DNA from: Candidatus Latescibacterota bacterium
GTDB taxonomy: Bacteria; Latescibacterota; UBA2968
DNA: 64,000 nt
NCBI GenBank assembly: GCA_965116885.1
Contig: OZ220741.1
Location: 3,072,001 to 3,136,000, forward strand
Direction: 5' to 3'
Within the stretch, counting starts at the first letter, position 1. Every line of letters starts with the position of its first letter. Shown here piece by piece: positions 10,671 through 20,338 of this stretch. Below the pieces are notes generated by a model. That model ran no database searches and was not told the origin of the DNA. It worked only from the letters and a program-made list of their open reading frames with translations. Both the position numbers and the translations under genes were made by a program.

Positions 10671-10699
10671 TTGACCACGTACTGCAATTGCAGTATATT
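10671..10699 (+). promoter_or_regulatory. Sigma70-type promoter of the Rieske gene with an overlapping palindromic operator
   Basis: TTGACC-N17-TATATT; perfect palindrome TACTGCAATTGCAGTA at 10680-10695. Confidence 0.75.
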
Positions 10700-10743
10700 T
10701 TCTATTACTTTTCTTTTACTTTAGGCCATTATTTTGAGGAGGT

Positions 10744-12597
10744 ATGGTTATGGCTATCGCTACTCAAAGTTTCCAGGAACGACTCAAGGACGGGGATATG
10801 ACCCTGGATGTTTCTCCGGAGGTGGATCCGAGCAATCTGGTGTATTACAAATTGTGCTCTGCTGATGATTTTGAAGAAGGCGAAGGGAAGCCGTTTACGG
10901 TGGAGGGCACCCACATCGCCGTTTTCCGCTACGAGGGGGAGTTCAATGCGGTAGATAACCGCTGTCCGCACATGGGATATCCGATGTCCGAGGGCAGTGT
11001 CCGGGACGGGGTCCTGATCTGTCACTGGCACCACTGGGAGTTCGACCTTAAGACGGGCGGCTGTTTCATAACCTCCGGAGCTGGAAACGATCTGAAGAGC
11101 TTTCCCGTGGAGGTGCGAGACGACGGGTGTCTGTACGTGGGACTTGCGCCGGGCGAAAAAGAGGCGGCCAGACGTCGGCGGATTGACCGGGGGAAATATA
11201 TTCTTGAGCAAGGTCTGAAAGATCGGAGCTCGCTCCTGATTGCCAAGGCGATTACTGCGCTAAGGGCTGCGGGTGCCACGCCGCAGGAGATGATCCAGCA
11301 GGGACTTTTTTACGGAGCATATAAGTCGAATGAGGGTTGGTCATCGGGGGTGGCCATTTTAACATTGGCTGCAAATATGTGGGAAGATGTAGATGAGAAG
11401 GACCACAATCTTTTCCTGGTTCACGGGCTGACGCAGATTTCCAGACGCACATCAGGAGGTTCGCGGCGGCAGGGTTTCCCTTTGCCCAAAACATCGGACG
11501 AACCGGACCTGGCGACCCTCAAACGCTGGTTTCGGCGGCTGGTAGATCAGCGCAGCAGCAGCGCTGCACAGCGTATTCTGATGACCATGTACGACCGTGG
11601 ATATTCATCTGAAGAGATTGCAGATATCGTTTTTACCACGGCGACGGACTTTTATTTTACCGGGGACGGTCACGCGCTCGATTTCGCGAATAAGATGTTC
11701 GAGGCCTTAGATTATGTAGATTGGGAAGGGGCAAATGAGATTTTGAGACCGATTGTGGTAGATTTAGTGGGCAGAGAACGACACGAGGAGACCGCCCGGT
11801 GGGAAGACAGCGTGCCGGTCCTGGAAGATATTTTCACCCGTCTGGACGAGATGTGGGAAACGAACCAGGAGAATGAGGCACCGCTGGATATTTCTGCTTT
11901 TACGCAGACGCTGCTGGGGGAGGAGTTCGAGCCGATTGTCGCCGAGATTGAAGATAAACTGCGCGAGGGTGTGAAGCCCACCGATATCTGCCGGGCGATG
12001 ACCTATGCCGGGGCCATTCGCACGGCGCGGTTCCACCTCAAGAATGAGGGAGACTGGCACGATGTGGCGAATATTTACTCTTACGCCCATGCCCTCTATC
12101 GCGCTTTCCACCTGGCGCCGAGCAAAGAGCTTTTGCGCGGCATTTTTCACGGCGCTGTGTTTATGACCTATTTGCGCTGGCTCAACATGCCAGCGGCCCG
12201 TCTGCCCAGGGAAGGACAGCGGCTGGACGAGCCGTTCGCGTCTGAGGACGAGATGTTGGACCGGCTACAGGAATTTGCGGATTTCCAGAAGGTCTTCGAG
12301 GCTGAGGTGCTGGTAAGCCAGTACCTGGAGGAAGGATACGATATCGCGAAGCTCAGGCATACTTTGGCCCATATTATGCTGCGCGAAGATGCAGAGCTGC
12401 ACATGTTCCAGGTGCTGGAAGTGGCGTTCCGACACTACGATCTGTCGGACGATCCGGAGGAGAAGCGTATGCACCTGCTCGCGGCGACCCGGTATATTAC
12501 CGCCCAGAAGGTGATGAAGGGGATTCTGTGGTCCACGGAGAACGCGGAGCGACTGCAGCGCGGGGAACTGCTAAGCGAGCGGGATGATGATAATTAG
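10744..12597 (+). CDS. Rieske [2Fe-2S] protein with a large helical C-terminal region
   Basis: CPH...CHWH Rieske ligands; GAGGAGG RBS. Confidence 0.9.
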   Translation: MVMAIATQSFQERLKDGDMTLDVSPEVDPSNLVYYKLCSADDFEEGEGKPFTVEGTHIAVFRYEGEFNAVDNRCPHMGYPMSEGSVRDGVLICHWHHWEFDLKTGGCFITSGAGNDLKSFPVEVRDDGCLYVGLAPGEKEAARRRRIDRGKYILEQGLKDRSSLLIAKAITALRAAGATPQEMIQQGLFYGAYKSNEGWSSGVAILTLAANMWEDVDEKDHNLFLVHGLTQISRRTSGGSRRQGFPLPKTSDEPDLATLKRWFRRLVDQRSSSAAQRILMTMYDRGYSSEEIADIVFTTATDFYFTGDGHALDFANKMFEALDYVDWEGANEILRPIVVDLVGRERHEETARWEDSVPVLEDIFTRLDEMWETNQENEAPLDISAFTQTLLGEEFEPIVAEIEDKLREGVKPTDICRAMTYAGAIRTARFHLKNEGDWHDVANIYSYAHALYRAFHLAPSKELLRGIFHGAVFMTYLRWLNMPAARLPREGQRLDEPFASEDEMLDRLQEFADFQKVFEAEVLVSQYLEEGYDIAKLRHTLAHIMLREDAELHMFQVLEVAFRHYDLSDDPEEKRMHLLAATRYITAQKVMKGILWSTENAERLQRGELLSERDDDN

Positions 12598-12632
12598 GAC
12601 AGGAGCCAGGTGAAGGCAGTGGGCTGAACATG

Positions 12633-12665
12633 CAGTAGCAGGCAACGTCCTGCTACTGTTTTTTT
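12633..12665 (+). terminator. Intrinsic terminator of the Rieske gene
   Basis: CAGTAGCAGG-caacgt-CCTGCTACTG followed by T7. Confidence 0.85.
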
Positions 12666-12675
12666 GTATGCATCC

Positions 12676-13674
12676 CTATCTGATCGGTAGAAATTTTCCA
12701 CCTTTTCTCGCCGATTCTTCGGCTGTAATACAGGCATTGGCAACGGCGAGGGTGTCGTCTGTTGAGATCGAGTTTTCTTCGCCACGCGAGAGTGCATCGA
12801 TCATATTTTCAACAAATGCGTGATTGGTTGAGGGCGGGAGTTTGGGTTCGTAAGTGCCCGATTTGTTGGAGACAATGAGCACGTGATCGTCGGCATAGGC
12901 GCGCAAGTGTGCCGAGCCTTCGGTGCCCATAATAATGAATCGCGTGTCGCCAAAAGATCGCGCATCTTTAGGGGTGAGCCAATCGGCAGTGGCGGTGGCA
13001 AGTGCGCCATTGTCGAGTTGAAACGAAGCCTGGACGTGATCGAATGTGAGGCCCGTGTCGATGTGTTTTTTGAGTGTGCCGAGCGCGTGAACACCCGTGT
13101 ATTCTGCGCCGGTGAGCCAGCGAATTTGATCCACGCCGTGGCCTGCCAAATCGTGGAATGTACCCACATATTTGTCAGCATCGAAGTAGAGTGCGGGGGG
13201 ATTGACGCCGAGTTTGTGCGGATGTGTGGTGATGAGGCTTACGAGGTCACCCAAATCGCCGTTTTGAATCGCCTGTCTCAATGCGATAAAGGCTCCATAA
13301 CTGCGAGAGGTGAAAAAGGTGGAAAGTTTGATGTTGTTTTTTGCAACAGCAGTTTTGATGCGTTGTAATTCTTCCTGCGTTCGGCAGAGCGGTTTGTCGA
13401 GTAGCATATGGACGCCAGCTGCCGCACACGTTTCAATGACAGGCGTTTTTTCGTGATGTTCGAGACCCTCAATTACCAGGTCGGGTTTTGCTTTTTCAAG
13501 CATCTGCTCAAGTGTGGCAAAGCGGGTGATGTTGTGGTCTGCAGTATATTTCTTGCAAAGTGCGTCATCGGATTCTACAATGCCGACGATTTCGCCATTT
13601 GGCGCGTTGACCGCCGAGTGAAACATACCGCTTATATGTCCGTAGTGCATGCCCATAATACCGATTTTCATCAT
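12676..13674 (-). CDS. Gfo/Idh/MocA family oxidoreductase
   Basis: KIGIMG Rossmann start, HMLLDKP, DLAGHGVD. Confidence 0.9.
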   Translation of the reverse strand: MMKIGIMGMHYGHISGMFHSAVNAPNGEIVGIVESDDALCKKYTADHNITRFATLEQMLEKAKPDLVIEGLEHHEKTPVIETCAAAGVHMLLDKPLCRTQEELQRIKTAVAKNNIKLSTFFTSRSYGAFIALRQAIQNGDLGDLVSLITTHPHKLGVNPPALYFDADKYVGTFHDLAGHGVDQIRWLTGAEYTGVHALGTLKKHIDTGLTFDHVQASFQLDNGALATATADWLTPKDARSFGDTRFIIMGTEGSAHLRAYADDHVLIVSNKSGTYEPKLPPSTNHAFVENMIDALSRGEENSISTDDTLAVANACITAEESARKGGKFLPIR

Positions 13675-13684
13675 AGTGTCCTTC

Positions 13685-14458
13685 CTACGCTCGCCACCTG
13701 CGTGATTCGAGCACCGTATGTGTTAAAAAGAGGAAAAAAGCCGCAGCACTAAGAAAAAATACCACATCGTGCGTATCGACAACACCGTGAATCATATCTC
13801 GGGTGTGTTCTATAAGGGAGAGAAATCTCAAAATAACAAAGAATATGTCGCTGGCAAAACGCGCTGCCCAGTCGATAATCCACAATAGAATTAAAAAGAA
13901 AAAAGACAACACAGCTGCGATAATCTGATTCTCGGTCAAAGACGACGCCAAAATGCCCACGCTGATAAATGTGGCACCAATCAGCACCACAGCCAGCGCA
14001 CCGGAAAAAATGGGCCCCCAGTCCAATTGCGCGTGCATAGACAACACGCCAATATAGCCGAAGGCCATTGCTTCAATTAGCAAATACAATACATAACAAG
14101 CGAGAAATTTTCCTATCAAAATTTGTGCTGAAGTAATCGGCGAGGTCATCAATAACTCATACGTGCCCCCGCGTTTTTCCTCGGCGTAGAGACGCATCGT
14201 GAGCATTGGAATCACGATCATCCAGATAAAAGTCTGAAATTCAAAAAATGGCGTGACGACTTCTGTATTGACGTTTAGCAGAATTTTTTCCTCGCGTTCT
14301 GCCAATTTCAGATATACGGCCATATCGTGAAATTCGAGCAACTGGTTGCGAAAAACAAAGCCGCTAAATAGCAAAAACACGCCAGCCATCACGTATGCAA
14401 TTGGCGAGCCAAAATACGACCGCATCTCTTTGTCAAAAATCGCCATTATATTGCCCAT
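13685..14458 (-). CDS. ABC-2 type permease (GldF-like)
   Basis: KEMRSYFGSPIAY, AEEKRGGTYELLMTSP and SSLTENQIIAA; multiple TM helices. Confidence 0.9.
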   Translation of the reverse strand: MGNIMAIFDKEMRSYFGSPIAYVMAGVFLLFSGFVFRNQLLEFHDMAVYLKLAEREEKILLNVNTEVVTPFFEFQTFIWMIVIPMLTMRLYAEEKRGGTYELLMTSPITSAQILIGKFLACYVLYLLIEAMAFGYIGVLSMHAQLDWGPIFSGALAVVLIGATFISVGILASSLTENQIIAAVLSFFFLILLWIIDWAARFASDIFFVILRFLSLIEHTRDMIHGVVDTHDVVFFLSAAAFFLFLTHTVLESRRWRA

Positions 14459-15384
14459 TACACCTCCTCCTCGTGTATGGTCAGCGCGTGAAAAATTTCT
14501 TCCAAAGACATGGCCTCACGCTTCATTTCCACCAGTCCCATGCCCAATTCGACAATGCGAGCCGATACTGCGGCACTCAAATCCGCTTTAGCTGGCCAAT
14601 GGACATGCAGCCCATTGTTCACGTGCGTCACGTCGCTAACCCCTTCAATAGTGGCAATGGCTTTGGCTGCAATATCCACATCGCCCGATATCCGAACAAA
14701 AAATCGCGTTGTATCGCGCGTATGAGCCGTGAGATTTTCAGGGGTATCAACAGCGACAATTTTGCCTTCGTGAATAATGATTACGCGATTGCAGGTCATT
14801 TCAACTTCGGGCAAAATATGCGTGCTCAAAATTACCGTACGCTTCTGGGCAAGTTCGCGGATCAATTGTCGCACCTCGATGATCTGATTGGGATCGAGGC
14901 CCGAAGTCGGCTCGTCCATGATGATTACTTCAGGGTCGTGTAATATCGCCTGTGCAAGCCCTACCCGCTGTCGATATCCTTTGGATAAATGACCGATGAG
15001 TTGCTCGGTGCGATCCACAATCCCGCATTGGGCAATGACTTCATCAATTCGCCGTCTGGATTCTTTTGTCGCAACGCCCTTGATTTTAGCGATAAACTCC
15101 AGATATGTACGCACGCGCATATCGCGGTATAGGGGAGGCAATTCGGGCAAATACCCAATGCGTTTTTTGACTTCCAATGGATTGTCAAAAATGTCGTAGC
15201 CGGCAATGCGCGCTGTGCCTTCTGTGGCGGGTAAAAAACAGGTGAGCACGCGCATGGCCGTGGTTTTGCCCGCGCCATTTGGCCCCAAAAAACCGACAAT
15301 TTCGCCTTTACCTACCTGAAACGAAATGTCGTCAACAGCCGTAAATGCGCCGTATCGCTTTGTCAGGCGTTCAACTTCTATCAC
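14458..15384 (-). CDS. ABC transporter ATPase (GldA-like)
   Basis: GPNGAGKTT, LSKGYRQR, DEPTSGLD, STH. Confidence 0.95.
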   Translation of the reverse strand: MIEVERLTKRYGAFTAVDDISFQVGKGEIVGFLGPNGAGKTTAMRVLTCFLPATEGTARIAGYDIFDNPLEVKKRIGYLPELPPLYRDMRVRTYLEFIAKIKGVATKESRRRIDEVIAQCGIVDRTEQLIGHLSKGYRQRVGLAQAILHDPEVIIMDEPTSGLDPNQIIEVRQLIRELAQKRTVILSTHILPEVEMTCNRVIIIHEGKIVAVDTPENLTAHTRDTTRFFVRISGDVDIAAKAIATIEGVSDVTHVNNGLHVHWPAKADLSAAVSARIVELGMGLVEMKREAMSLEEIFHALTIHEEEV

Positions 15385-15394
15385 GTCTTGCTCC

Positions 15395-16291
15395 TTATCC
15401 TTTAATTTTTTTTGCCCGCATTCTGAAAAATTGCATCAACGGTTCGTGATACGCTCCTTGAGTCGAAATATTCACGGCGTCTAAGCCCATGCGTCGAAAT
15501 AACGCTTCACGGTCATCGCGCTCTTTTTTTGTCAGCTTTTGGAATGTCTCGCGCACTGCTGCATCGCCAAAATCGACCATTATACCTTCGCCCGTCTCAG
15601 CATCTTCCAACTCCACAATGCCAATTGCAGGCAGATCGTACTCCCGCGGATCTTCCAGTGCTATCGCTACCAGATCATGACGCCGATTGGCAACGCGCAA
15701 TGCTTTCTCATAGTCAGAAGCGAAAAAATCCGATACCAGAAACACGACACTGCGCCGATAGGTCACGCGATTTAAATATTCCAATGCCGTATCGATATTT
15801 GTACTGCGTCCTGAGGGCTGGAAATACAACAACTCTCGAATTACGCGCAGCACATGCTTTTTGCCCTTTTTTGGGGGAATAAATAATTCGACTTCGTCGG
15901 TAAAAATGATCAGTCCCACACGATCATTATTCTGAATTGCGGAAAAGGCGAGCAAAGCACAAATCTCAGCACCTATCTCGCCTTTCATTTGCGCCACCGT
16001 TCCAAAGTCACCCGAGGCACTCGCATCCACCATCAATATTACGGTGAGTTCTCGCTCCTCATCGAACACTTTGACAAAGGGATCTCCCATACGCGCTGTC
16101 ACATTCCAGTCAATTGTGCGAACATCATCACCGGGCTGATATTCTCGCACTTCCGCAAACGCCATGCCCTTGCCTTTAAATACCGAATGGTATTCGCCGG
16201 CAAATATTGTATTTACCAGATTGCGCGTGCGCAACTCAATGCGTTTCACTTTTTTTAAAATTTCAGTTGGAATCATGAGAAAAATTATCAC
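15395..16291 (-). CDS. DUF58 protein (MoxR partner)
   Basis: GEYHSVFKGKGM.F.EVREYQPGDDVR.IDW and DASAS. Confidence 0.95.
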   Translation of the reverse strand: MIIFLMIPTEILKKVKRIELRTRNLVNTIFAGEYHSVFKGKGMAFAEVREYQPGDDVRTIDWNVTARMGDPFVKVFDEERELTVILMVDASASGDFGTVAQMKGEIGAEICALLAFSAIQNNDRVGLIIFTDEVELFIPPKKGKKHVLRVIRELLYFQPSGRSTNIDTALEYLNRVTYRRSVVFLVSDFFASDYEKALRVANRRHDLVAIALEDPREYDLPAIGIVELEDAETGEGIMVDFGDAAVRETFQKLTKKERDDREALFRRMGLDAVNISTQGAYHEPLMQFFRMRAKKIKG

Positions 16292-17283
16292 GGCACTTCA
16301 ACGTGATCGAATATTTGGCGTGCGATTTCTTCGGAGTTAATTTCCTCGGCTTCTGCCTCGTAAGTTACCAATACGCGGTGGCGCAATACGTCCAGGCCAA
16401 TGGCTTTCACATCTTCGGGAGTAACATAGCCGCGGTGGCGCAAAAACGCATGCGCTTTGGCAGCACGGGTCAGGGCGATAGACGCGCGTGGCGATCCACC
16501 AAATTCGATCAGAGCGCGCAAATTACCCAAACCGTAAGCTTCTGGATCGCGGGTTGCCAACACGAGATCGACGATATAATCTTTGATTTTATCATCCACG
16601 TAAATCTCGTCGGCTACACTCCGCGCGCGAATGAGATCGTCAGTTGTTATGACGGTCTCAATTTTTGGGGGGGCATTGCGGCTCATGCGATCGACAATGG
16701 CGCGTTCTTCCTGTTTATTGGGATATGTTACCCGTACTTTTAGCATAAAGCGATCGACCTGGGCCTCGGGTAGTGGATAGGTCCCTTCTTGTTCGATGGG
16801 ATTTTGCGTGGCCAGCACCAAAAAGGGATCGGGCATGGCAAATGTTTCGTTTCCAATGGTAACTTGACGCTCTTGCATAGCTTCGAGCATGGCACTTTGC
16901 ACTTTTGACGGTGCGCGATTGACTTCATCGGCGAGTACGAGTTGGGCAAAAATAGGCCCTTTTTGAGCCATAAATTCGCCCGTCTCCCGGTGATAGACCA
17001 TTGTGCCAATCAGGTCTGCGGGCAATAAATCGGGTGTAAACTGAATGCGTTTAAAAGATGCCTGAATCGCCTGAGCCAATGAATTGACGGCTAAAGTTTT
17101 AGCAAGACCGGGCACGCCTTCGAGCAGGACATGGCCGTTGCACAATAAGCCGATTAGCAATCGCTCAATCATGTCCTGCTGTCCGACAATGACCTTGCCG
17201 ACCTCGGATAATAATCGATCGACAAACGCGCTTTCGCGCCCAACCCGTTCATTGATTAATTGAATATCTTGTCCAACTGTCAT
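16288..17283 (-). CDS. moxR: MoxR family AAA+ ATPase
   Basis: LLEGVPGLAKT, RIQFTPDLLPAD, DEVNRAP and ATQNPIEQEGTYPLPEAQ. Confidence 0.97.
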   Translation of the reverse strand: MTVGQDIQLINERVGRESAFVDRLLSEVGKVIVGQQDMIERLLIGLLCNGHVLLEGVPGLAKTLAVNSLAQAIQASFKRIQFTPDLLPADLIGTMVYHRETGEFMAQKGPIFAQLVLADEVNRAPSKVQSAMLEAMQERQVTIGNETFAMPDPFLVLATQNPIEQEGTYPLPEAQVDRFMLKVRVTYPNKQEERAIVDRMSRNAPPKIETVITTDDLIRARSVADEIYVDDKIKDYIVDLVLATRDPEAYGLGNLRALIEFGGSPRASIALTRAAKAHAFLRHRGYVTPEDVKAIGLDVLRHRVLVTYEAEAEEINSEEIARQIFDHVEVP

Positions 17284-17303
17284 TGCATCACTCTCTACTA
17301 TTG

Positions 17304-17340
17304 AATTAGGAATTAGGAATTAAAAATTAAAAATTAGGAA
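17304..17340. repeat. Heptamer tandem repeat (AATTARR)x5
   Basis: AATTAGG AATTAGG AATTAAA AATTAAA AATTAGG. Confidence 0.9.
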
Positions 17341-17381
17341 GCGGTGTACCTGTTTGCCTCCTGCTTGTGCGTGTCCCGCCC

Positions 17382-17870
17382 TCACTCCTCAATGGCATTT
17401 ATTGGTTTGGTACGCAACCACTGATCGGGCACTTTGCCCAAATTTTCTATTGAAAACTTGGCATCATCCACTAACTCAGAGTTTGGATAGGTATCAATCA
17501 CCTGTTGATAGGCTACCCGCGCTTGTTCGTAATCGCCGAGTTGATCGTGGATATAGCCAATCATAAACTGTGCCTGTACACAATATCGGCTCTGTGGAAA
17601 TCGCGCGATCAGGGTTTCGTATCGCGCAATGGCTTCTTTGTGCTTTTGTTGATTCATCAATACCCTTGCCAGGGCCTGTAGTGCCACCTCTGCACGAGGG
17701 TCGTCGGGAAAACGCGTCAGAAATTCCGCCAATTTGACTTCAGCCACGGGATACGACGCCATATCGTGTGTGGCCTGTTCGCCCTCTCGAAAGAGTAAAT
17801 CCGCAGATTGTTCTTGTGCCCCACAGGCGACAAATAGTGGCAAAAAGAATAAGAATCGAAATCTGTGCAT
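17382..17870 (-). CDS. TPR lipoprotein (BamD/YbgF-like repeats)
   Basis: Lipobox FVAC; repeated A...Y..LI..FP.S helical hairpins. Confidence 0.85.
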   Translation of the reverse strand: MHRFRFLFFLPLFVACGAQEQSADLLFREGEQATHDMASYPVAEVKLAEFLTRFPDDPRAEVALQALARVLMNQQKHKEAIARYETLIARFPQSRYCVQAQFMIGYIHDQLGDYEQARVAYQQVIDTYPNSELVDDAKFSIENLGKVPDQWLRTKPINAIEE

Positions 17871-17956
17871 CTTTGCCGACCTCCTTTGCTTATTTATACT
17901 TTTTCAAAACGTTTTTGCCCAATTCGAGTTCCGTTTTTTCTTTTTAGACAGTGCGA

Positions 17957-19246
17957 TCAGATTGGACGGTGTATATTAAAAAAACGTCCTATTTTCGTCA
18001 AGATTTCTGTGCGCTTGAGAAGCAAAGACAGGATGCCTACCAGTATTAATCCACCATATTCTACCCATTGGACCCATGCGGCTTCTTCCCATATACCACG
18101 GGCCTGGTATTGGATCAATATGTGATAGGATAAGACCACCAGGAGTGAGAAAGCGATCCAGGGCGGATGCCGAAAGAAAACGAGAAATGGAATTAACCAC
18201 AAGACATACCACGGATGGAGCGTGGGGGTGAGTAGAACAAAGGCCGCCGCAGTCAAATATGCGCAGCGCAACAGGGGAATCCGCTTCCAGACCAGAAACA
18301 GAACAACACTTAAAAAGACCAGGCCAATAATGCCACGCGCTATCTGTCCATTGCCGCAAAGCTGAATGAGTATATCAAATACCGCGCTGTTAAATGACCA
18401 GTGTTGTGCATAAGTACCCAGGCTACCCAAAACAGGCACGCCGGTCCACGCATAGGGCAAATATCCCAGAAGTATGACACAGGGTACCATGAGCAGAGCG
18501 GGCCAATTGGTTGGCAGCCACCCTTTCCAACGCACGAGATTCGGAAAAAAAACAAGGGGGAAGAATTTCACCAGAACAGCCCCACCCAGCGCACTTAGCG
18601 CGATGCGGTCTCGCCCTTTTAAGAATAGATACAATGCAGCCAATAAAGCGACAATGCCCAGCGATTCGAGATGTCCATTGCCAGCAATTTCCACTACGAC
18701 CAGCGGATGCCAGAAGTAAATCAAAACCCATTGTGTCCGCTGCCCAAAATGCCTGAGCAAACAGACTATAAGCCATCCCGCAATCAGGTCGGCACATGCG
18801 AGTAGCACCTTGATACCCAGTATGCCACCCGAAATGCCATATCCCACCCAGAATGCTATTTGAGCGATGGGCGGATAAATGGTCGGCAATTCGGGGTGGT
18901 TAATTTTAGGGAAAATGAGCGCGTCTCGTACATGCGCCAGTTCTTGTGCTGCAGGTGCAAACCGGTAGGGGTTGATACCCGCCCACTGTACGCGTCCATC
19001 CCATACATAGCGATAAATATCATCGGACAGCGCTGGGAAGGAAAACAAAAGGCTAAGCCGGAACACAGCGGCAGCGATCACAATAGCCGTCAATGGCATA
19101 TGTTCACAATGCCAGACTGCAATGAGATAGGCCACAGATGCAATGCCAAAAAGTACAAAAAAAACCGGCAGGCCCAATGCCGGCATCGCAGCAAAACTGC
19201 TCGTCATGACCAACCCCATCAAAAGGGGCACGATCCACCGCTGCAT
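17957..19246 (-). CDS. Membrane GT-C fold glycosyltransferase (GT87-like)
   Basis: LSDDIYRYVWDG, TIYPP, GNGHLE and HPWY; multi-TM. Confidence 0.85.
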   Translation of the reverse strand: MQRWIVPLLMGLVMTSSFAAMPALGLPVFFVLFGIASVAYLIAVWHCEHMPLTAIVIAAAVFRLSLLFSFPALSDDIYRYVWDGRVQWAGINPYRFAPAAQELAHVRDALIFPKINHPELPTIYPPIAQIAFWVGYGISGGILGIKVLLACADLIAGWLIVCLLRHFGQRTQWVLIYFWHPLVVVEIAGNGHLESLGIVALLAALYLFLKGRDRIALSALGGAVLVKFFPLVFFPNLVRWKGWLPTNWPALLMVPCVILLGYLPYAWTGVPVLGSLGTYAQHWSFNSAVFDILIQLCGNGQIARGIIGLVFLSVVLFLVWKRIPLLRCAYLTAAAFVLLTPTLHPWYVLWLIPFLVFFRHPPWIAFSLLVVLSYHILIQYQARGIWEEAAWVQWVEYGGLILVGILSLLLKRTEILTKIGRFFNIHRPI

Positions 19247-19257
19247 AAGTATCTCTC

Positions 19258-19372
19258 GACGAATAGACGAATAGACGAATGGACGAATGGAAATACATAC
19301 TGATTTTGGGAGGATGGGCGGGGTCCGTTGATGAACTGCTGACGCAGTTGTACCCCGTTCCGTCTATTCGTT
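19258..19372. repeat. Octamer tandem repeat (GACGAATR)x4 with an inverted partner arm
   Basis: Left arm 19258-19291; reverse-complement arm CGTTCCGTCTATTCGTT at 19356-19372. Confidence 0.85.
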
Positions 19373-20279
19373 ACCGCTGGTCTTGTCCAATGTGCCACCG
19401 GTGTGTGTTGATTTGCAAAACGATTTTGCCCTGTTTAAATACTCGAACCGTTCCGGTTGACTCAGAAATAGCCAGGGCGATGGCCCGGGTGGTTTTGGTA
19501 ATCGCCGCCGCCGCCACATGCCGTGCGCCCAACCCCTTGGGCAAGGTGAGACCGCGTGCACTCGCTGAAATATAGCGCCCTCCAGATAGGATAACCCCAT
19601 CTTCCCGAATGATAAATGCACCATCCATTAGCGATACTTCTTTGACACCTTCGTGAACATCGGGATTGCAGATATTTTTTTCTTTATCGGAATATCCACG
19701 AAAAGGATCAAATGTCATGGACCGCGAATGGTGCAAAACCCGCTTGGAATCGCCTATGACAAATAAGGTGCCAACCGGTTCGCCTTCGCGACCTTCCTTA
19801 CCAATATCGATGGAAAGATCGAGCGTGGTTTTGACAACTTTGAGTGGTAGATCGCCTGCTATGGCTGAGATTTTTGCCGAATCGTATATATCAAACCCAA
19901 TACTGGTATCCATCATCGTTATCGCATCCACACCCCGAGAAGCCAGCATATGACTCAGGCATACCAGTCGCGTATCTCGGCGAATATACCCATTCTCCAT
20001 GCCTCTGATAACGCATTGTCGCAACTGTTCGAAGTGCGTGTCATTGCCCAGGCGATAATCATAAGTCAAACGCTGTACACCCTTCTCTTCAACACCTTTC
20101 AAAAAGTGTTTTTCCCGCGTAACAATCAGGACCTGGCAGGTGGTGTTCAACTTGAGTACATCAGTGTGGCTCACGTCGGAATCGGCCACGAGCAGGATCA
20201 TATCGGCGCAGGTTTCCCGAGCCAAATTTTTGGCGGTACTCAGCAAGGACTGCGTGTGGTTTTTGTGGGAGTTAGCCAT
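19371..20279 (-). CDS. Diadenylate cyclase (DisA_N domain at C-terminus, DacZ-like layout)
   Basis: EGREGEPVGTLF, MDGAF, GLGARH.AA and ISESTG; no HhH or TM segment. Confidence 0.88.
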   Translation of the reverse strand: MANSHKNHTQSLLSTAKNLARETCADMILLVADSDVSHTDVLKLNTTCQVLIVTREKHFLKGVEEKGVQRLTYDYRLGNDTHFEQLRQCVIRGMENGYIRRDTRLVCLSHMLASRGVDAITMMDTSIGFDIYDSAKISAIAGDLPLKVVKTTLDLSIDIGKEGREGEPVGTLFVIGDSKRVLHHSRSMTFDPFRGYSDKEKNICNPDVHEGVKEVSLMDGAFIIREDGVILSGGRYISASARGLTLPKGLGARHVAAAAITKTTRAIALAISESTGTVRVFKQGKIVLQINTHRWHIGQDQR

Positions 20280-20338
20280 AAAACGCTTTTGTGAGAAGGT
20301 TATTCTGGCCTTGTGAACATGTCCAAAACAACTATTTA

